Below are positions 60,836 to 64,000 of a stretch of DNA of 64,000 bases, piece after piece. Numbering within the stretch: position 1 is the first letter of the stretch; every line of letters starts with the position of its first letter. Under the pieces are notes generated by a model. The model was not told the DNA's origin. It saw nothing but the letters and a program-made list of their open reading frames with translations, and did no database searches. This DNA is from Opitutia bacterium (lineage in GTDB: Bacteria > Verrucomicrobiota > Verrucomicrobiia > Opitutales > Opitutaceae). A program made the translations under genes and the position numbers. The stretch lies in contig CANJVR010000002.1 of assembly GCA_947478395.1 (NCBI GenBank), positions 576,001 through 640,000 on the forward strand. Direction: 5' to 3'.

Positions 60836-63688
60836 ATGGCGCAAGACCTGAAAGACACTCTCCAGCTTCCCAAGACAGACTTCTCCATGCGCGCCGGGCT
60901 CGCGCAACGGGAACCCGGCCGCGTCGCCCATTGGGAGAAAATCGATCTCTACGCCGCGATTCAAAAAAATCGCGCCGGCGCCCCGCCCTTCGTGCTCCAC
61001 GACGGTCCGCCATTCACCAACGGCGACGTCCATATCGGCACCGCGCTTAACAAGACGCTCAAGGACATCACGCTCCGCTACAAAACCCTGCGTGGCTTTC
61101 GCACGCCCTACGTACCCGGTTGGGACTGCCACGGACTGCCTATCGAGCAAAAAGTATCCCTCGAAATCCGGGAGAAGAACGAAACGCTGACGACCGCCGA
61201 GCTACGCGCACGCTGCGACGCGTTCTCCGAGACGTGGATCGCAAAGCAGACCGCGCAGTTCAAGCGCCTTGGCATTCTCGCCGATTGGAAAAACGAGTAT
61301 AAAACCAAAGCGCCCGCGTTCGAAGCTGACATCCTTCGCACCTTCGCGGCGTTTGTGGAAAAAGGTCTGATTTATCGCAGCAAAAAGCCGGTTTACTGGA
61401 GCATCCCGTTTGAAACCGCGCTCGCCGAGGCCGAGATCGAGTACAAGGACCACACCTCGATCGCGATCTGGGTGAAGTTCGCCGTGCCGACAAGCGAAGC
61501 CGAAAAGTTCGGCCTGCCGACCGACAAACCGCTCTTCGTCGTCATCTGGACGACGACGCCGTGGACGATCCCCGCCAACCTCGCGATCGCACTGCACCCC
61601 GACGTCGATTACGTCGTCGCCGACATCGGAACCGAGCGCATCGTGGTCGCCGAGGCCCTGCTCAATCCCGTCCTCGCCGCCGCGAAGATCGAAACGCCGA
61701 CGAGCGTCGTCGCGAAACGTAAAGGCTCCGAACTCGAGAAACTCGCCGCGCGCCATCCCTTTATTGACCGCGCCTCGCCGATCGTGCTCGCGGACTACGT
61801 CACGACCGACAGCGGCACCGGCGCCGTTCACACCGCGCCCGGCCACGGCGCGGAGGATTACCTCACGGGCCTGAAATACAAACTCGCGATCTACAATCCC
61901 GTCGGCGACGACGGCCGTTATCTCGACGACGGCCAGATTCCGGCCGACCTCATCGGCGTCACAACGCTCGAAACCGTCGAGGATCTCGCCGCCAAGAAGC
62001 CATCGCCCGCGAATCTCGTTGTCCTTAAAAAGCTCGCGGCCGCCAACGCGCTGCTGGCGAAGGCGAAATATCTGCACAGCTACCCCCATTGCTGGCGATC
62101 CAAGACCCCCATCATTTTCCGCGCCGTCGACCAGTGGTTCGTCTCGCTCGATAAAAACGACACGCGCCAGACCGCACTCAACGAGATCAAGAAAATCGCC
62201 GCGGCGCAGGGTTGGATTCCGGCCTGGGGCGAAGCCCGCATCCGTGGCGCCGTCGAGTCCCGGCCCGACTGGTGTATCAGCCGCCAGCGTTCGTGGGGCG
62301 TTCCCATTCCCGCTTTCTTCGACGCACATAAAAATGCGTTTATCGACGGTGGCGTGGCCCGGGCGATCGCAACGAAGATCGCCACGCGTGGCACGAATTT
62401 CTGGTACGAAGCAACCGCCGCCGAGATTCTCGACGGCATCGCACTGCCCGCGCACTGGCCAGTTCCGGCCGCGCTGACTTGCGGTCGCGACACGCTCGAT
62501 GTGTGGATCGACTCCGGCTCCTCGCACGCCGCGGTCCTCCGCCATCACCAAGGCGGCACGCAGTGGCCCGCGGATCTTTATCTCGAGGGCAGCGACCAGC
62601 ATCGTGGCTGGTTCCAATCCTCGCTCTGGACGAGCGTCATCGCGTTCGGCGCTGCGCCGTACAAGGCCGTCCTGACCCACGGCTTCATCGTCGACAAGGC
62701 CCGCCAGAAAATTTCCAAGAGCAGTTCCTATCAGAAGCCGCAGACGAGCGATGCCTACATCGCGACGCACGGCGCGGATGTTATTCGGCTCTGGATCGCT
62801 TCGCAGGATTTCCGCGATGACATTCCGGTCGACGACGAAATCCTGAAAAACGTCGGCGAATCGTACCGGCTTTTTCGCAACAGCCTCCGCTTCCAGCTCT
62901 CGAATCTCTTCGATTTCAACGCCGCGAAGGACACGGTGCCCTACGAGCGGCTCGACGTGCTCGACCGTTGGGCGCTCCACCAGACCGCCGCGCTCCTGCG
63001 CGAGTGCACCGCGGCGTACGACGCCTACGAGTTCCACCGCGTGTACCAACTCTGCAACCAGTTCTGCGCCGTCACGCTGTCCGCGACGTATCACGACATC
63101 CTGAAGGACCGGCTCTACACGCTCGGCACAAACACGCCGTTGCGCCGTTCATCTCAGACCACGCTGAAACACATCTTTGAAACGCTGGTTAAGATTCTCT
63201 CCCCGATTCTGATTTTCACGACGGACGAAGCCTGGGCCTTCGCCGTTTCGAACGCCGAGTATTCATCCGATTCCATTCATCTTCAAAATTGGCCTGACGC
63301 TCCGGCGGCTTGGACCGATGCCGCGCTCGCGAGCGATTTCGCCACGCTCCTCGCCGTCCGCGCGCAAGTCACCGAGGCCATCGAGCCGCACCGCGCCGCG
63401 GGCAAGTTAGGCAAATCGCTCGACGCCGCTCTCACGCTGACGGCGGTCGCGGGCGACCCGGCACTCCGCGTGCTCGAGCAGCAACGTGATTTCCTGCCGG
63501 AGCTTTTCATCGTGTCACACGTGTCTCTCGCGGCAGCGCCCGCTGGCGGCAGCCTTGGCGTCACCGTGCAACCGTGCAGCGAACACGGCCTCGTCCGGTG
63601 CCCCCGCTGCTGGCGCTGGGTTCCGTCGCTCGCCAGCTCGGCGGCCGGCGAAATTTGTCCGCGTTGCGTTGAGGCGCTATCCTCCTGA
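60836..63688 (+). CDS. ileS: Isoleucine--tRNA ligase (type 1, C-terminal zinc finger)
   Basis: LHDGPP, GWDCHGLP, WTTTPWT, GTGAVH, DWCISRQR, EGSDQHRGWF, KISKS, CPRCW..CPRC. Confidence 0.97.
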   Translation: MAQDLKDTLQLPKTDFSMRAGLAQREPGRVAHWEKIDLYAAIQKNRAGAPPFVLHDGPPFTNGDVHIGTALNKTLKDITLRYKTLRGFRTPYVPGWDCHGLPIEQKVSLEIREKNETLTTAELRARCDAFSETWIAKQTAQFKRLGILADWKNEYKTKAPAFEADILRTFAAFVEKGLIYRSKKPVYWSIPFETALAEAEIEYKDHTSIAIWVKFAVPTSEAEKFGLPTDKPLFVVIWTTTPWTIPANLAIALHPDVDYVVADIGTERIVVAEALLNPVLAAAKIETPTSVVAKRKGSELEKLAARHPFIDRASPIVLADYVTTDSGTGAVHTAPGHGAEDYLTGLKYKLAIYNPVGDDGRYLDDGQIPADLIGVTTLETVEDLAAKKPSPANLVVLKKLAAANALLAKAKYLHSYPHCWRSKTPIIFRAVDQWFVSLDKNDTRQTALNEIKKIAAAQGWIPAWGEARIRGAVESRPDWCISRQRSWGVPIPAFFDAHKNAFIDGGVARAIATKIATRGTNFWYEATAAEILDGIALPAHWPVPAALTCGRDTLDVWIDSGSSHAAVLRHHQGGTQWPADLYLEGSDQHRGWFQSSLWTSVIAFGAAPYKAVLTHGFIVDKARQKISKSSSYQKPQTSDAYIATHGADVIRLWIASQDFRDDIPVDDEILKNVGESYRLFRNSLRFQLSNLFDFNAAKDTVPYERLDVLDRWALHQTAALLRECTAAYDAYEFHRVYQLCNQFCAVTLSATYHDILKDRLYTLGTNTPLRRSSQTTLKHIFETLVKILSPILIFTTDEAWAFAVSNAEYSSDSIHLQNWPDAPAAWTDAALASDFATLLAVRAQVTEAIEPHRAAGKLGKSLDAALTLTAVAGDPALRVLEQQRDFLPELFIVSHVSLAAAPAGGSLGVTVQPCSEHGLVRCPRCWRWVPSLASSAAGEICPRCVEALSS

Positions 63689-63715
63689 TCCTTTCTTCGT
63701 TCCTCCAATCCTCCC

Positions 63716-64000
63716 ATGGCTAAGAAACCCACCAAACCTGCCAAGAAGTCTGCCGCTCGGTTCGTCAAGGCGAAGGCCAAACCCAAGGCCAAACGCGTGA
63801 ACAAACCAGCGCCCCGCAAAACTCCTCCGGCAAAATCTAAACCGGTGAAACGGGTCGTGATCAAATCGCGGCCGAAAGTGTCCCCTCCGGACAAAAAGAA
63901 ATCTCCCATGGAAAAACCTTCGAAGAAAAACGCCCTGCGCGACAGTATCCTGAAGCGCAAGGTCGCTAGCAAACCCATCGCCTTCAGTCTAGACGAGGTC
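63716..64000 (+). CDS. Partial ORF with Lys/Ala/Pro-rich histone-like N-terminus, possibly DksA/TraR family (runs off the window)
   Basis: MAKKPTKPAKKSAARFVKAKAKPK... is open to the window end. The DksA guess rests on its position after ileS. Confidence 0.55.
   Translation, partial: MAKKPTKPAKKSAARFVKAKAKPKAKRVNKPAPRKTPPAKSKPVKRVVIKSRPKVSPPDKKKSPMEKPSKKNALRDSILKRKVASKPIAFSLDEV

Overview
High-GC bacterial chromosomal segment. Gene content and style suggest Verrucomicrobiota, probably Opitutaceae (inference). It is mostly housekeeping: tRNA-Phe, FKBP PPIase, purD, glyA, pyrR-pyrB-pyrC, thiL, tsaE, lpxK, topB, fba, menB, smc, kdgK, mqo, rhaB, rhaD-SDR, panE, panC-like, dapL, sulfatase plus FGE, hemF-hemE-hemG and ileS. 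No CRISPR array, prophage, transposase or reverse transcriptase was found. Most notable: (1) a GxxExxY-type PD-(D/E)XK nuclease ORF between pyrB and pyrC, bracketed by 31-bp inverted repeats with 10-nt internal periodicity, with empty copies of the arm pair at other operon gene junctions; (2) five copies of a ~140-bp MITE that carries a GTAG-REP doublet; (3) a dCTP-deaminase-like/LOG fusion protein upstream of purD; (4) a PanC homolog with several catalytic motif residues replaced, and an IleRS with HIGT instead of HIGH; (5) a cysC/sulfotransferase islet with a tandem 113-aa repeat and a G16 run. All calls come from reading motifs by eye, with no database search.
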